A DNA stretch of 64,000 bases from Tricharina praecox (taxonomy: Eukaryota): NCBI RefSeq assembly GCF_024521635.1, contig NW_026250416.1, forward strand, positions 744,001 to 808,000, read 5' to 3'. The notes below the pieces were generated by a model. It was given only the letters and a program-made list of their open reading frames with translations. It ran no database searches and had not been told where the DNA came from. Both the position numbers and the translations under genes were made by a program. Of the stretch, positions 25,420 to 37,748 are shown piece after piece (position 1 is the stretch's first letter; the number at the start of each line of letters is the position of its first letter).

Positions 25420-26695
25420 ATGAGTGGACCAAGAAAGGCCAGCATACCTGTCGCGTCTGGGGGCAGGACACCCCCGCGAACTCCCGACCGCAAACCCCCA
25501 ATCCCTCGGACTCCAGCACGTACTGCCACGCCAACGCCAAAGAAGGATGACAAAGACAAGCCAGATGAGAAGGCGGGCCAGAAGGATGGCAAGAAGGTTG
25601 ATAAAAAGCAAACACCTACGCCCGCACAACTCGGTCAAGTCAAGAAGGTCACCCAAGCAATCCTACATCCAAATAAGGCACTTACGCATAAAATCGAGCG
25701 AGTTGTTGACGATAAACTGAAGAACCTGGCCGAGAACAAAGGCGAGGAAGGAGGGATACTGAGTCAACTGGTGCGAACCAAGATAACGCGTTGCGAGCTT
25801 TGCAATATTGTTTATTTTGTGGAACCGTCAATGTCTGGGGTATCGAAGAGCTATATCTACTGGTGCGATAAGTGCAGAGACCACCTCCGCCAACAGATTC
25901 GGGAGGGCGACGAGAGGACTCTACCTCCTCCACACGTGATGGTGGAGAGAGCGGGTCCCGGGATTGCTGCTAGGTTGGTAAATTCGGGGTTGTCGAAGTC
26001 GAAATCTTTTGGTATGTGTTCTTCCCATCCGAGGCGATTATATGCTGATTATACTAGACGATCTCAGTATGATAGCTGTGGATGTGGATGGGCGAAGGCC
26101 GCCTCCTACTCCCCTTCGCCCTTTCCTTAACCCTTACGGGTACCGTTTCAAACGTGTCATCATGATCGCCTCTCAAGTTGACGTATACGGAGCAAAGCGA
26201 GAAGTACTTACAACCGCTATCCCCGGTCTCCCGAAAATCTTCCCAGAGCAGTGGACCATCCCAAACGGCCCTAGTATCTTCAGCCTCCAGTTCGTTGCAC
26301 GTAAGATGTACGTGGTGGACGGAAAGTTTCACATGTTCGAGGAACGCACCCAGCGACTTGTGAACGTGTTCATGGTATTGTACGATATGCAGCCGACCAT
26401 GAGACAGATCAACGGGCTTTTTGGCTTTACGGATGTTCACGAAATCCTTCGGAATACCTTCATCTGGATCGCGATGCCTTCCCCGGATTACCGAACGGAT
26501 AGGATGGGGATCCAGGATGTGAAGAGGATGGTTGTAGCTTTCTGGGAGAATTCCATGGTTGTCGACTTTGCGTATCCACCGATCGGAAGCGAGTGGCCGT
26601 GGCCGGAATATTCGACGGATACGGAATTGCCTCCGCCAGAACAGAAGTGGGGGAGCGAGACGGCGCGGCCGCTGAGAATGAAAAAGATTCAATAG
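25420..26695 (+). CDS. Two-exon hypothetical protein: P/K-rich N-terminus, CxxC..CxxC ribbon, globular C-terminal domain
   Basis: ATG 25420; intron 26012-26057 (GTATGT..CTGAT..TAG) joins ORFs 25261..26130 and 26009..26695 in frame; CELC...WCDKC. Confidence 0.75.
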
Positions 26696-29600
26696 GGCGG
26701 GCAGGTACATCAGGTAACAGCCACATATGGGGATTCTGCCGAGTGTGAGATTGTGATGTTTTTTTTTTGTTACAGCGGATATGGGCGAGTAAGACAAAAA
26801 GAAGTAATGGCTTAGATATAAAAGAGAATGAAAATGAGCAGGCGACAGAGAGACTATTGAAAGAAAAACCAAATCCTGTCGAATTCATTCCCCCAAGGTC
26901 ATACTATGATATTTCTCCTCATGATATCAATTCTTCCGAGGTCATTCGTCAACTTCGCCTATGGATGCCCGAGACATTCACCCGCATTTCTTCACCGACA
27001 TGTTTCAGTGCGTGCAGTATTCTGAAGCAGGTGCCGTCAGGATAATAATCGACCGAAGTGACATCTCAATACAAACCGCACGGGGGATGCAGATAATTCT
27101 CCGTTTCCGACAGGTCGGGTATCCTCATGAGCTTATAACGGGAAATCCATTAACCAGTTATGTCTCCGCAAAATCCAAAACATCCGGCACTCCATATCAT
27201 TAGGTAAATAACATTTACGACCATGGAATCCCCTAATTTGTCTTCGCCTGCCACCCTTTCTCCATAAGAAGGCCTTCTACTAGCCGGACCCCCGCAGCGT
27301 TGGGGTGTGGTGAGCAATGCGCCGACGACTGCCCGATGAGTGGTATGTAGGAAGGTATACGGTGATGAAGGAGAGGTTTTGGCGGTGCTTTCGGCAGGAT
27401 CGGTTGCGTTGTTCGTGTCATCACCTGTACAAGAATGGTCAGCATTTAAATCGCAGCCGTACGCGAGTCTGCCAGTACCCCAAGCAAGCCGTCTCCGCCA
27501 TTATTCGTCGTGACAGTGCAGCGCTGATTAGATGATTGTGCCGGCACAGCACGCGAGAGAATTCGCCCGATGTTCTGCGAGCATGCGATGATACGAGGCG
27601 AGGGGCGGTGGCATAGGCGTACGGGTAGTGTGGAGATGCGTATGGCCCGCTGGTAGTTTCGGGTAGAAGGTTGTTGATTCGCGTGAATATCCTCACGACT
27701 GAGTGGCGGGGCATGTTTAGAACTTTGGATTTCTTCAGCCTTCGGGGTGTAGACGGTGGTGACACTGTACACAACTGGCGTTTAGATTCGCTTAATCAGT
27801 GTATGACTAAACATGCAAGGCTCTACGTCATTGCGTGAAGCTAAAAGCAACGAAACCTCCCACCGGAATCTGTATGGTTGCCAGTTGGGGGCTTCAAGCG
27901 ACACTTTTGAGAACCGATTTGCTTCCCGGCGGTTCTCAACCACAAAAACAGCTTCATTGGGGAGCCTGTCAGGCGGAAGTGGAGCAGCCCTCAAAGTTGG
28001 TCTCCCCAGTCCCCCCCAAAAAATATCGGTTGTGATTATGTAACTACAGCGCTCGGGTCGGCTGAGAGCTGAAAAGTGAGGATATGGGAGGGAGGGATGC
28101 AGCGCTGAGAGTTCAGCCTTTAGGTCAAATTATCCGACTTTTCTGGGCGATGGATTCTGTGGTAATTCAGGAAACGGGTCATCGCATCGCACTGCGTAAG
28201 TACCATTCTATTCCTCCGAACGCATACATTCTTCGTATCAAGGTGTTCCTGACTTAATACCATAGGTAGGTTACAGATTCGTGTCGTCGAGGTTCGAACT
28301 CCATCCCGTTTTCGACACCGTTTCATTCATCATTCGAGTTCCCTCCTCCAATTGTCCTTCTCTCACTGTAACATGGGAGCACGCCTTCAATGGTCACATC
28401 AGCACTGATTCTCCCTCCAATCGCAAACACTACTGCCAGGCTCCAGCCCCCAGCGGCGGGACGGCGATCGTATCTGCCGTTCAGGGCTAATCTCTACTAC
28501 AGGGCAGAGATATCGGATATCCGCCGATTCGAAGACCCCGACGATCACTGATACCTTCGAACTACCCTAGATACACCATCTACACCTGGAACTGCTGTGG
28601 CGCAGCTATAGCGGATCTATCGGCGGGAGTATCCGGATGTGGTCAGTAGCGGTGGGCATCAACGTTGGCGGGCATGGCGGGGTCGTCTTCTTCTTCTTGT
28701 CTCATGGTCATCATCTACAGAGCACTAGGTAGTCGACTAGCCACTATCCCCTCTTCTGCTTGAGTGTCATCCTGCTCTCGACCGGCCGCGGCGCCGCTTT
28801 CCGGCCTGGAGAGGCATTGGCGAAAGAGCCCTCGAAAAGCAGCCATTTCGGGACCGGCACGGCTAGAACCGGTGGCCACTGACTATTCCACTTGATTCCG
28901 TGGTTCGAGCTTGCAAGCTTTTCTCCAATTGCTGCAACCGTGTCCGGCTCTACGAGTACGATAACTAGTGAATATTCAAAACGATATATCCCCGGCGCGC
29001 CAGGGGTTGAGATATTGAGGTCTTTGGTGGGGTGTGGATTGCCCAGTGTTGTGAAAGTAGTTGTTACCGGTACTCAGATCCAGCGATAGTTAGCTGGTAA
29101 CAATGGTAGCGCTGGTTAAAACAGTTCAGTTCTGGCTGGTTTTGATGCGAGTTCAGTTCAGTGGGAAAACAGACGGTTTCAAGTTACAGCTGGGTTATGT
29201 AAGGAGATGCCAGTAAATCCGATGGGTGAGCCGCCAGCAGCCTGCGGGTGCATCCAAGGGGGTTTTGTGAGGATGAGGCGGGTCACGGCACTGTTGGATA
29301 GTCACGGAAGGAGTGATAGCGATAGTAGATGGGTACAGCAGTTTTAGAAAATAAGTACAGTAGTTATAACAGCAAACGTCTATCTAGAATGCCATAGTTC
29401 TCGACGCTGGCTGGTGACGGGTATATCAGCATCTATCCTTCAAGCACGGTCCATTCAAATTAACAGGAGACAGGAGAGATACTTACTGTGGCTGTCAGGA
29501 TCTCGACCCACACCATGTTGGTGCGACGTCGGTTGGTGGACCGGCTAGTGCGCTGCTGCTGGTACATTTCAAACAGAAACTTGAGAAAAACATGCTGTAG

Positions 29601-31630
29601 AAGTAGCAAGTGACCCCAGTACACCCGCAGGGGCCGGGTATGGGTGTCGAGTGGTGCGATGCGAGAAGCCGTCATGCGGTTCGCCGCCCATTCCTTCATC
29701 TCGGCCCAGCGGATCAGGGTCTTCGATGCATTCTGCGCGGCATTGTAGCGGAAATCGAAGTCAGCATTGTGGGCGGCGGGAAGCGAAAGATGCTCCTTCT
29801 CGAGAATCTAACGCTGCTCTTCCCATTCTGTTGGCGTATTAGCGTTGTTTGTTCATGATGTATGAGGTGGTCCGGGGGGAGCTTACTGGCTTTCAACATC
29901 TTGACCTCGTCATTGCAGGCTTGAACCTGCCATTGTGCCAAATATCAATCAAGGCCCTAGTGATGGACCAAACTTCGTCGCTATCAGCCAGCCTGAAATG
30001 CTAATTAGTGTGGACAAGAGTAGCGGGAGAGGGTGACACACAGTGAATTAGGTATTGTTTGTTGAGCTATTAAGATGTTCGTTGGAAGATTGTAATGTTG
30101 ATGGTGGTAAGGTGTGGGGAGAAGGGGAGGGAAGGGAGGTGCTTTTATAGGTCGAGCAGCGCCAGATTTGGCCGACAACCTTGGCACACAAACTATCGTC
30201 AAATTGTGCTAGCGGCTTTTGAATTTTGCCGGCGAAACTTCATAAACAATTGTCCTCCAGGTAAATACTGTGGAACGCAGCTGCAACTGACGTCTTGGAG
30301 GCACTTTTCGACCCTTGGCTGCGGACCTTGGGAGGATTTGTTGCCAAGATGTTGGGACCGGCTGTCGTACCTGAGGCTGCAGGGGGGCCTGTTTCTGTTT
30401 TGATCGTCGATTCTGTTTTATTTTGATCGCTCGTGTTCTTCTTGACGGTTGTAAGACAATCCGGCAGCGGCTAACCATAGCCACTACCGTCAATTAGTCA
30501 CTCATAATGAATGTCGCGAGGTGTTATTGAAACTCAGAGCGACACCAACACCAGCGACTAAATGTGGGCTAGTGCCCTGGAAACGGGTCACTGGCGAAAG
30601 CTGGTTCGCCCAGGCTGCCAGGCGTCAGCTCCACTGAGCCGCCTGACTTAGCGGGTCGACCACAATGAGGTCCATTGCTCTCGGTGACCGCTACGACCCC
30701 GGCAGTCTCGAGAGAGGCCTCGTCCGCGTCTTCGTCGTCATCGTTGACGGCGGCGCGCGAGGCGCTGCCCTGGCGGCTTTTCCGCGACTTGATCCCGTGT
30801 TAGTGTACGTCATCAGTCAGAAGCCATTGTGATCCGTCTGCCCACAGTGTCAGCAGTGGAGGAAAGGGAAGCCAGTCGAAAATTATGTCTTGGCTTTGGC
30901 TGCACCGCTCGTCTGCAAAGAGGTCCGGGATTTTGAAGCAGTCTTTGAAGCGAAGCGGTCTTTGCCCCTCCTTGTCTGCTTCCTGAATCCGGACTTCTGC
31001 CCACCCATACCTAGTGTCTTTCGCCGACGTTTCCGTTCAGGGAATTAGCTGAAGAGGTGTGAGAATTCCCGGGTCGGAGTTTTGTACCGCCGTAGCGGCA
31101 CCAGGGCGGCATTCGATAAAGCCCGAATATAGTAACTGGAGCTCGGTGGGTCAATTTGTACGGACGACGCCGGTATGGACATTGATAGTTTCGACCAGGA
31201 ACCCACACCCCATAACCGATCAGAAAGGTAGATACTACGGCGCGTTTGTCGCAATTACGCTTTATTGATTTTGCCTGGTTCCACCTTCTTTTTAGCGTCC
31301 TCCGACGGGATTAACTGGTCGAGTAAACAGCTGCATTGTAAAGTAACAGGCAAAAGCTGTTGTCTAGTGGCCATTTCTCTCCCAAAAAGCAAAAATTCAA
31401 GAAACGTAAATCTGGCATCCACCTGGCCGAAAACAAAAACAGTATCCCTCTCAAAGAAGCCTCATAGTACGTAAAGCGAGTTTTCAAATGTCATCACATC
31501 AACGGTTCGTCCAGTGGCCCAATGTCTGACTGGTGTCTCTTCGATCGAGTAATGATGCGCTGCACGTGGTTTCCATTAGGCAGGGGACAACGATGGAAGA
31601 AGGATCGTGGATGCACTTACCGCTGTTCGC

Positions 31631-32491
31631 TCACGGTCCGGCATGGTATCTCAGTTTGACGGCCTTAGCCTCCTCGACCAGCTCGTCGGCGGATCTCATC
31701 TTTCCGGGTTTCCACGGGTTCCACGGAATGAGTCCGCACGCGACAGCCATTTCTTTGGTGAAGCCCGGCCGCGCCGCAGCCATGACTTCCTTTTCCCTCG
31801 CCTTGATGTGCTCGGCGCACTTGACCGGATCCGCGTAGAACGGCGGGAGGAAACCCGCATCCACGGCGTCTTGAATGGTGCGCTGAGGCAAAGTCGACAT
31901 TAGATAGTCGTGGTCGGGCTGGCTTGCCCAGAGGTTCGACATCTGCGTCTTGATCAGACTCCAATCCTGGAACTGATTGAAGTAGAGGTAATCGCCGTCG
32001 ATGTACTCTTGCTGGCAGACCTTAGGGAGCCGCAACGTCAAAGCTGCGCATTCCGCTTCGCTGTAGTGGTGGCTCCAGCACGCACGGCACTCGGCGCCCA
32101 CGACTTTCCAGTTGATGGTGGCCAGCGTCTTTGGCGACAGGTCGTTTCTCCCCCGCTTTACCGCGATTGGGTTCAGCTGTGGTGGCAGACTCTGACCGTG
32201 TCTGGTTTCAGTCGCGGGCAACCTCTGGAAGGGCATCGGGTCCGCGGCCGGATTTGCGACACTACTGGTCTGGAGGTGTCCTTTCTTGTTGAGTTCCTTG
32301 CGGACGGTGAGATCACGAATCAGAAGCTCTATCGGATGGGGCTCATGAGGCCGAACGTTAAACTGTACAGTATCAGCTATCGCAAGACCGGTGGTGGGGA
32401 TGGAAGCGGATCCTACCAGAGGTGTTGGATTGCAGTTTCGAGGGGGGCCTCCTGCATCTCTCTCCGGCTGCTTTCCTGTGCCCTGCTGCAT
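31631..32491 (-). CDS. Hypothetical protein (286 aa) with CxxC-x3-H-x5-C motif
   Basis: Uninterrupted ORF, GC3-biased in the 3' half; CRACWSHHYSEAEC. Confidence 0.65.
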   Translation of the reverse strand: MQQGTGKQPERDAGGPPRNCNPTPLVGSASIPTTGLAIADTVQFNVRPHEPHPIELLIRDLTVRKELNKKGHLQTSSVANPAADPMPFQRLPATETRHGQSLPPQLNPIAVKRGRNDLSPKTLATINWKVVGAECRACWSHHYSEAECAALTLRLPKVCQQEYIDGDYLYFNQFQDWSLIKTQMSNLWASQPDHDYLMSTLPQRTIQDAVDAGFLPPFYADPVKCAEHIKAREKEVMAAARPGFTKEMAVACGLIPWNPWKPGKMRSADELVEEAKAVKLRYHAGP

Positions 32492-32690
32492 GGCGTCGTC
32501 GTCGTGCTGTGGTTGATAGGTGCTTGCAAATGGGTAGGTGGTTGTAAAATGTGCAGGTGGTGTAGATGTGCAGGTGGTTACAGAGGAAAAGGCGGAAGGT
32601 GGTGGTGGGGGAAAGGAAAACGGAACCGAAGGGGAGTGGTGGAGGGAACATGATTTATGTGGGGCGATGGGTGCGAAGCATTCAATTAGG

Positions 32691-32834
32691 AGAGAGATGT
32701 TCCTTTGTATTTTGCATGCAGCCTCTCTAAACTATGGCAAACCATCGGGCAACTTTTCTTGCCCGCCCTGGCCAGTCGAGGTGAAAGCCCAGTACTAACC
32801 AGTACGATGCGGCGCCCCACTTCCCCTGCCCTGA
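32691..32834 (-). mobile_element. 144-bp non-LTR retroposon (5'-truncated LINE 3' end or SINE) with (TC)n tail
   Basis: 11-bp TSD ATTCAATTAGG at 32680-32690 and 32835-32845; terminal ~60 bp resemble the LINE end at 52117-52180. Confidence 0.8.
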
Positions 32835-32889
32835 ATTCAATTAGGTAGGGTGGTTTTTGTGTGTGGCGAGAGGGTGCGAGTGACAGGGC

Positions 32890-33585
32890 TGTCAACCATC
32901 CGGACTATAGTCCACTAGTGGACTGTAGTCCCGTTCCGTCCGGGGCAGGCTTTTGCTATGTAGATGGCCTCCAGGCTCGCCCTGGAGGCGGGCTGCTCGT
33001 AGACACTATCACGCTCAGGGCACCAAACATGACGTGGACGCCGAAGCTCCGGTCACCAGTCGTCCGGCACCAAATATGACTCGGAAGCCTGTGTGCCGCG
33101 TCACCATCGCAGACCGGGTCATGAACGATCACTCGCTATGGCGAGACACTTCCGTTATCCGTTCTCACACGGAGGTGACGAGCGGTGGCGTGAGGCCTCT
33201 ATCCGCCGCATCCCCGAGCCTTCCTGTATATATACCTTTCTTTCTGCCGTGTCTGGTACTCAATACACTATCTTGCGATACCACTTTTCTGGACAGGCTA
33301 TGAGCCCGGGTCAGCGCTTACAAAAACTACATTAAAAAATCTATTTATCTATCGTCCTCGTCCAGAATCCACGGCCAGAACCCTCGTTCAATAATTAGAA
33401 TCCACTCACTGAACACAATGTCCAATTCCACCTCCAACTATAACTTGAAGTACTACTCCTCAAGCTTCAGAAACGTTGAGAAGCTTGTAAGATCGCTCAA
33501 CTACAACACATGGAAGAGCTATATCCTGCTTGTGCTTGAAGGCATATAGGCCGATGGAATTATCAACCGCACCGAAATTTACCCC
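32890..33585 (+). mobile_element. Ty1/Copia 5' remnant: LTR 32890-33295, PBS, gag N-terminus
   Basis: TGTCAACC...GGACA LTR with TATATA (~33225). PBS GGCTATGAGCCCGG at 33296. From ATG 33418: ..EKLVRSLNYNTWKSYILLVLEGI*ADGIINRTE (Copia gag N-terminal motif). Confidence 0.8.
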
Positions 33586-34636
33586 TGAAATCGCCCCGCA
33601 CCCTCGAAGTTATTGACGGACGTCCCATCGAGTCAGGCGACATCACACATGTTACCACCACCACCCTGTCCATACAGAAACAGCATCAAGAAATTTCTAT
33701 GTTTGTCACCAAAGTAGGCCACTACCCCGTTGTACTGGGAATCCCCTGGATGGACCTCCACGATGGGGCCATCCGGTTCAGCTCCCGGACGCTAACCTTC
33801 GGCTCGCAATACTATAGGGCTAACAGCAATGAGTTGCGCATAGAATCACCACCGACCCGCCCTGCCTATCAACCTATGCTCTCACGTCAAAAGCAGCTGT
33901 GGAGGAGCCAAGGGTAAGCGCGGGGGGCGCCAACATTGTGGCCCACTGCATTACGTTGCCCCCAAGGAAGAATAACCCAGAATGGGCTAACCTTGCAAGG
34001 GAAAGCACTGTCATCATCTGCGCCCTACAGATGGACTCATTCCAAGAACTAGCCAACAAGGAGAGCCTTACGATTTGCAACAGCACGCTTGCCGAGGTCA
34101 ACATTGCGCTAGAAGGAAAGAAGGACCCCACGGCACATATCCCTCAGGAATACCACAAGTTCCTAGCACTGTTCTCTGAAGCCCTTGCCAACAACCTGTC
34201 CCCGCACCGGCACTACGACCATAATATTACACTGAAGTAGAGGTTTATGCCCCCATATGGACCATTGTACTCACTATCGAAAACGCAGCTCATTGCACTG
34301 AAAGAATGGCTGGAAAACAACCTCAGCAAAGGTTTCATCCATGCCTCTTCCTCTCCAGCAGCATTGCCAATTCTGTTTGTCAGGAAACACTGGACAGCTC
34401 CCTACGCCGGTGTGCGTATTACAGGGGCCTGAATGAAGAAACCATCAAGAACAGGTACCCACCCCCACTCCTCCAAGAAACCCTGATGCGGCTATCCCGG
34501 GCGAAATACTTCACCACCCTGGATCTCTGCGGCAGCTACAACCTGGTACGTATGGCGGAAGGAGAACAGTGGAAAACAGCGTTCTGGAGACGCTATGGCC
34601 TGTTCGAATCTCTCGTCATGACATCTATGCTCATAC
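33580..34636 (+). mobile_element. Older degenerate Gypsy copy B, 5' part (protease to RT, internal deletion to integrase)
   Basis: Homologous to 37980-39028 with stops and frameshifts; the last ~15 bp match integrase sequence at 40681-40695. Confidence 0.85.
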
Positions 34637-35920
34637 TGTCACGGCTCGCGACGGAATGACGAAGGGAGGGTCAGCACAAGGATCGGGAGAGTTGGGGGGC
34701 AGTGCAGAGGCAGTGCACCGGCAGTGCAAGTATGAGCCGCAGAGGATTGGGGGCTGTGTGCAGGGAGCAGGGATAGCGCAGTAATGAGCCGCAGGGGATT
34801 GGGGCTGTGTGCAGGAAGCAGGGGTGGTGCGGCTGCGCAGCGTATGAGTCACGGAAGCGGGGGTACTGGCAAGGTGGATTTCTCAGGGCCTGGCACACGC
34901 CCACGGTCATTGTCAGGTTGCGGGAACAAGTGGAGGATTTCCTATATAAACGGGCCGTTGCCTCTCTGAATTTCGTTCTTCACGCAACAACTTGTTAATT
35001 CAATCACTGTTACCTCTGTCCTTGCCTCGGCTGCCGTCTGCGCCGTAGTCCTTGTCCCTGCCTCTGTTCTCAGTTGCCGTCTGCACTGAGCCCTGCCTTA
35101 CCTTGTCCTCTGAACCCGTCTTGCCTCTGCCGAAGGCAGAACCCGATCCCCAGCCCGGCTTCGCTACCTGGAGCCTTGCCCGACCGTGCCGTTACACTTT
35201 GTTGCGTCCCATATCTCTCCACCTAGCGTACTACCACGGCCACCAACACTCAGGTACCCGACGTCCCCCAGCAGGACGAAGTACCAGTGGCACCCCCCTT
35301 CTACCGAGAAATTCGCGCCGCCATCTACGAACAACTCAATATCATCGTCAATCATGATGCACCCGCCGATGATGCAACCCTGATGGGGTTGTAGAACGAA
35401 TTCAGAATCCTCGCCCGCGCAATCACCCTGTCCCCAATAGCCATACTCACCTGGCGATTCGACGACCTCGAAGAACAACTTGCTGACGGCCGCCGCATCG
35501 CCAACCGCCTCGCCACCGTCGAAACCCAACCTAAAACCCGCGCTGAGCGTGTCCCAGAGCCAGCCATGTTCGACGATACACGCGAGAAACTGGAAGGGCT
35601 CGTGGCGCAACTTTGACCCAAGCTGTACAGCGGCCCAGCCCGTTTCCCAACTCCAGCACTCCGAATGGCGTATGCCTTCAACCGCTTGGAAGGCCGCGCC
35701 CAAGCCCAGATCCTGCCGTACATCGAAAATCACAACATCACCCTCACCGACGCTGATGCGATTATCACACTCCTGAACAACGCATTTGGTGACCCTGACC
35801 CAGCGGCCACCGCTCGAGCCAAGCTACACCACCTGAAACAAGGCAATAAGGAGTTCACCTCCTACTTTGCGAAATTCCAGATGCTTGTCTCCAAGCTCAA
35901 TTGGGACAAGCATGCGAAAC
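34637..35920 (+). mobile_element. Gypsy copy A: LTR (34637-35196) plus truncated gag
   Basis: TGTCACGG...CCGTTACA 560-bp LTR; gag homologous to 36519-37203, start mutated to ACG, one in-frame TAG, cut at HAK. Confidence 0.92.
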
Positions 35921-36518
35921 TGTCACGGCTCACGACGGAATGACGAAGGGAGGGTCGGCACAAGGATCGGGAGAATTGGGGGGCAGTGCAGAGGCAGTGC
36001 ACCGGCAGTGCAAGGATGAGTCGCAGAGGATTTGGGGCTGTGTGCAGGGAGCAGGGATAGCGCAGTAATGAGTCGCAGGATATTGGGGCTGTGTGCAGGA
36101 AGCAGGGGTAGTGCGGCTGCGCAGGGTGTGAGTCACGGAAGTGGGGTACTGGCAAGGTGGATTACTCAGGGTCTGGCACACGCCCACGGTCATTGTCAGG
36201 TTGCGGGAAGAAGTGGAGGATTTTCTATATAAACGGGCCGTTGCCCCTCTGTATTTAGTTCTTCACGCAACAACTTGTTAATTCAATCACTGTTACCTCT
36301 GTCCTTGCCTCGGCTGCCGTCTGCGCCGTAGTCCTTGTCCCTGCCTCTGTTCTCAGTTGCCGTCTGCACTGAGCCCTGCCTCACCTTGTCTCCTGTACCC
36401 GTCTTGCCTCTACCGAACCCAGAACCCGATCCCCAGCCCGGCTTCGCTACCTGGAGCCTTGCCCGACCGTGCCGTTACACTTTGTTGCGTCCCCCATCTC
36501 TCCACCTAGCGAACTACC

Positions 36519-37715
36519 ATGGCCACCAACACTCAGGTACCCGACGTCCCCCAGCAGGACGAAGTACCGGTGGCTCCCCCCTTCTACCGAGAAATTCCCG
36601 CCGCCATCTACGAACAACTCGAAATCATCGTCAATCACGATGCACCCGCCGACGATGCAACCCTGATGGGGTTGTACAACGAATTCAGAATCCTTGCCCG
36701 CGCAATCACCCTGTCCCCGACAGCGATACCAACCTGGCGATTCGACGACCTCGAAGAACAACTTGCCGATGCCCGCCGGATCGCCAACCGCCTCGCCACC
36801 GTCGAAGCCCACCCTCAAAGCCGCGCTGAGCGTGTCCCAGAACCCGCCATGTTCGACGGAACACGCGACAAACTGGAAGGGTTCGTTGCGCAACTTCGAC
36901 TCAAGCTATACAGCGACCCAGCCCGTTTCCCCACTCCAGCACTCCGAATGGCCTACGCCTTCAACCGCTTGGAAGGCCGCGCCCAAGCCCAGATCCTGCC
37001 ATACATCGAGAATCACAACATCACCCTCACTGATGCTGATGCGATAATCACACTCCTGAACAATGCGTTTGGTGACCCCGACCCAGCGGCCACCGCTCGA
37101 GCCAAGCTGCACCACCTGACACAAGGCAATAAGGAGTTCACCTCCTACTTTGCGGAATTCCAGATGCTCGTCTCCAAGCTCAATTGGGACGAGCATGCGA
37201 AACTTGACGCACTGCGAGAAGGAGTATCCATCGAACTCCACCGGCAACTTGTGGGCCGTACTCAGGGTCTCAACTACGACGGGTTTGTGGCCCTCTGCCA
37301 ACGCCTCGACTCCGAGCTGCGTGCCCTCCAACTTCGTGAGGGACGCCGTACCATCAACCCCCCTCGGCAGAGTAGCGCCCCACAACCCACGGCGCCGCTC
37401 AGGCACACCACCCAGAACACCATGCCCGTGACGACCACTGCCACAGGAACGGCCCCCGGAGCTATGGACTTGAGTGCCAACAGCCGCAGGATCTCAGATC
37501 AAGAGCGTGCCGCTCGACTCCGCGAAGGCCGCTGTCTGTACTGTGGAGGAAGTGGCCACATGGCGAGGCACTGCCCCAACAAGAACCGAAATCCGTTCCG
37601 AGCAGCCGTTGCCCGGCTGGAGACAACTCAGCCGACCAACACCACCCCGGCTCACACCTATCACAACTGCAACCAGGATTGCGGCGAGACCTCCCAGCAG
37701 TCGGGAAAAGCCTAG
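36519..37715 (+). CDS. gag: Gag with CCHC zinc knuckle (398 aa, intact)
   Basis: PEPAMFDGTRDKLEGF, LTQGNKEFTSYFAEF, AMDLSA, CLYCGGSGHMARHC. Confidence 0.95.
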   Translation: MATNTQVPDVPQQDEVPVAPPFYREIPAAIYEQLEIIVNHDAPADDATLMGLYNEFRILARAITLSPTAIPTWRFDDLEEQLADARRIANRLATVEAHPQSRAERVPEPAMFDGTRDKLEGFVAQLRLKLYSDPARFPTPALRMAYAFNRLEGRAQAQILPYIENHNITLTDADAIITLLNNAFGDPDPAATARAKLHHLTQGNKEFTSYFAEFQMLVSKLNWDEHAKLDALREGVSIELHRQLVGRTQGLNYDGFVALCQRLDSELRALQLREGRRTINPPRQSSAPQPTAPLRHTTQNTMPVTTTATGTAPGAMDLSANSRRISDQERAARLREGRCLYCGGSGHMARHCPNKNRNPFRAAVARLETTQPTNTTPAHTYHNCNQDCGETSQQSGKA

Positions 37716-37748
37716 ACCAACAACCGCTTGATGGCACTGTTGTTGGTC
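37703..37748 (+). promoter_or_regulatory. -1 ribosomal frameshift signal (slippery heptamer plus stem-loop)
   Basis: G GGA AAA at 37703-37709; 5-nt spacer; perfect 10-bp stem GACCAACAAC/GTTGTTGGTC (37715-24/37739-48); pol lies in the -1 frame. Confidence 0.85.

Noticed and set aside
26767-31500. Scattered short ORFs
   Set aside because: No convincing splice model or motif; some may be decayed genes
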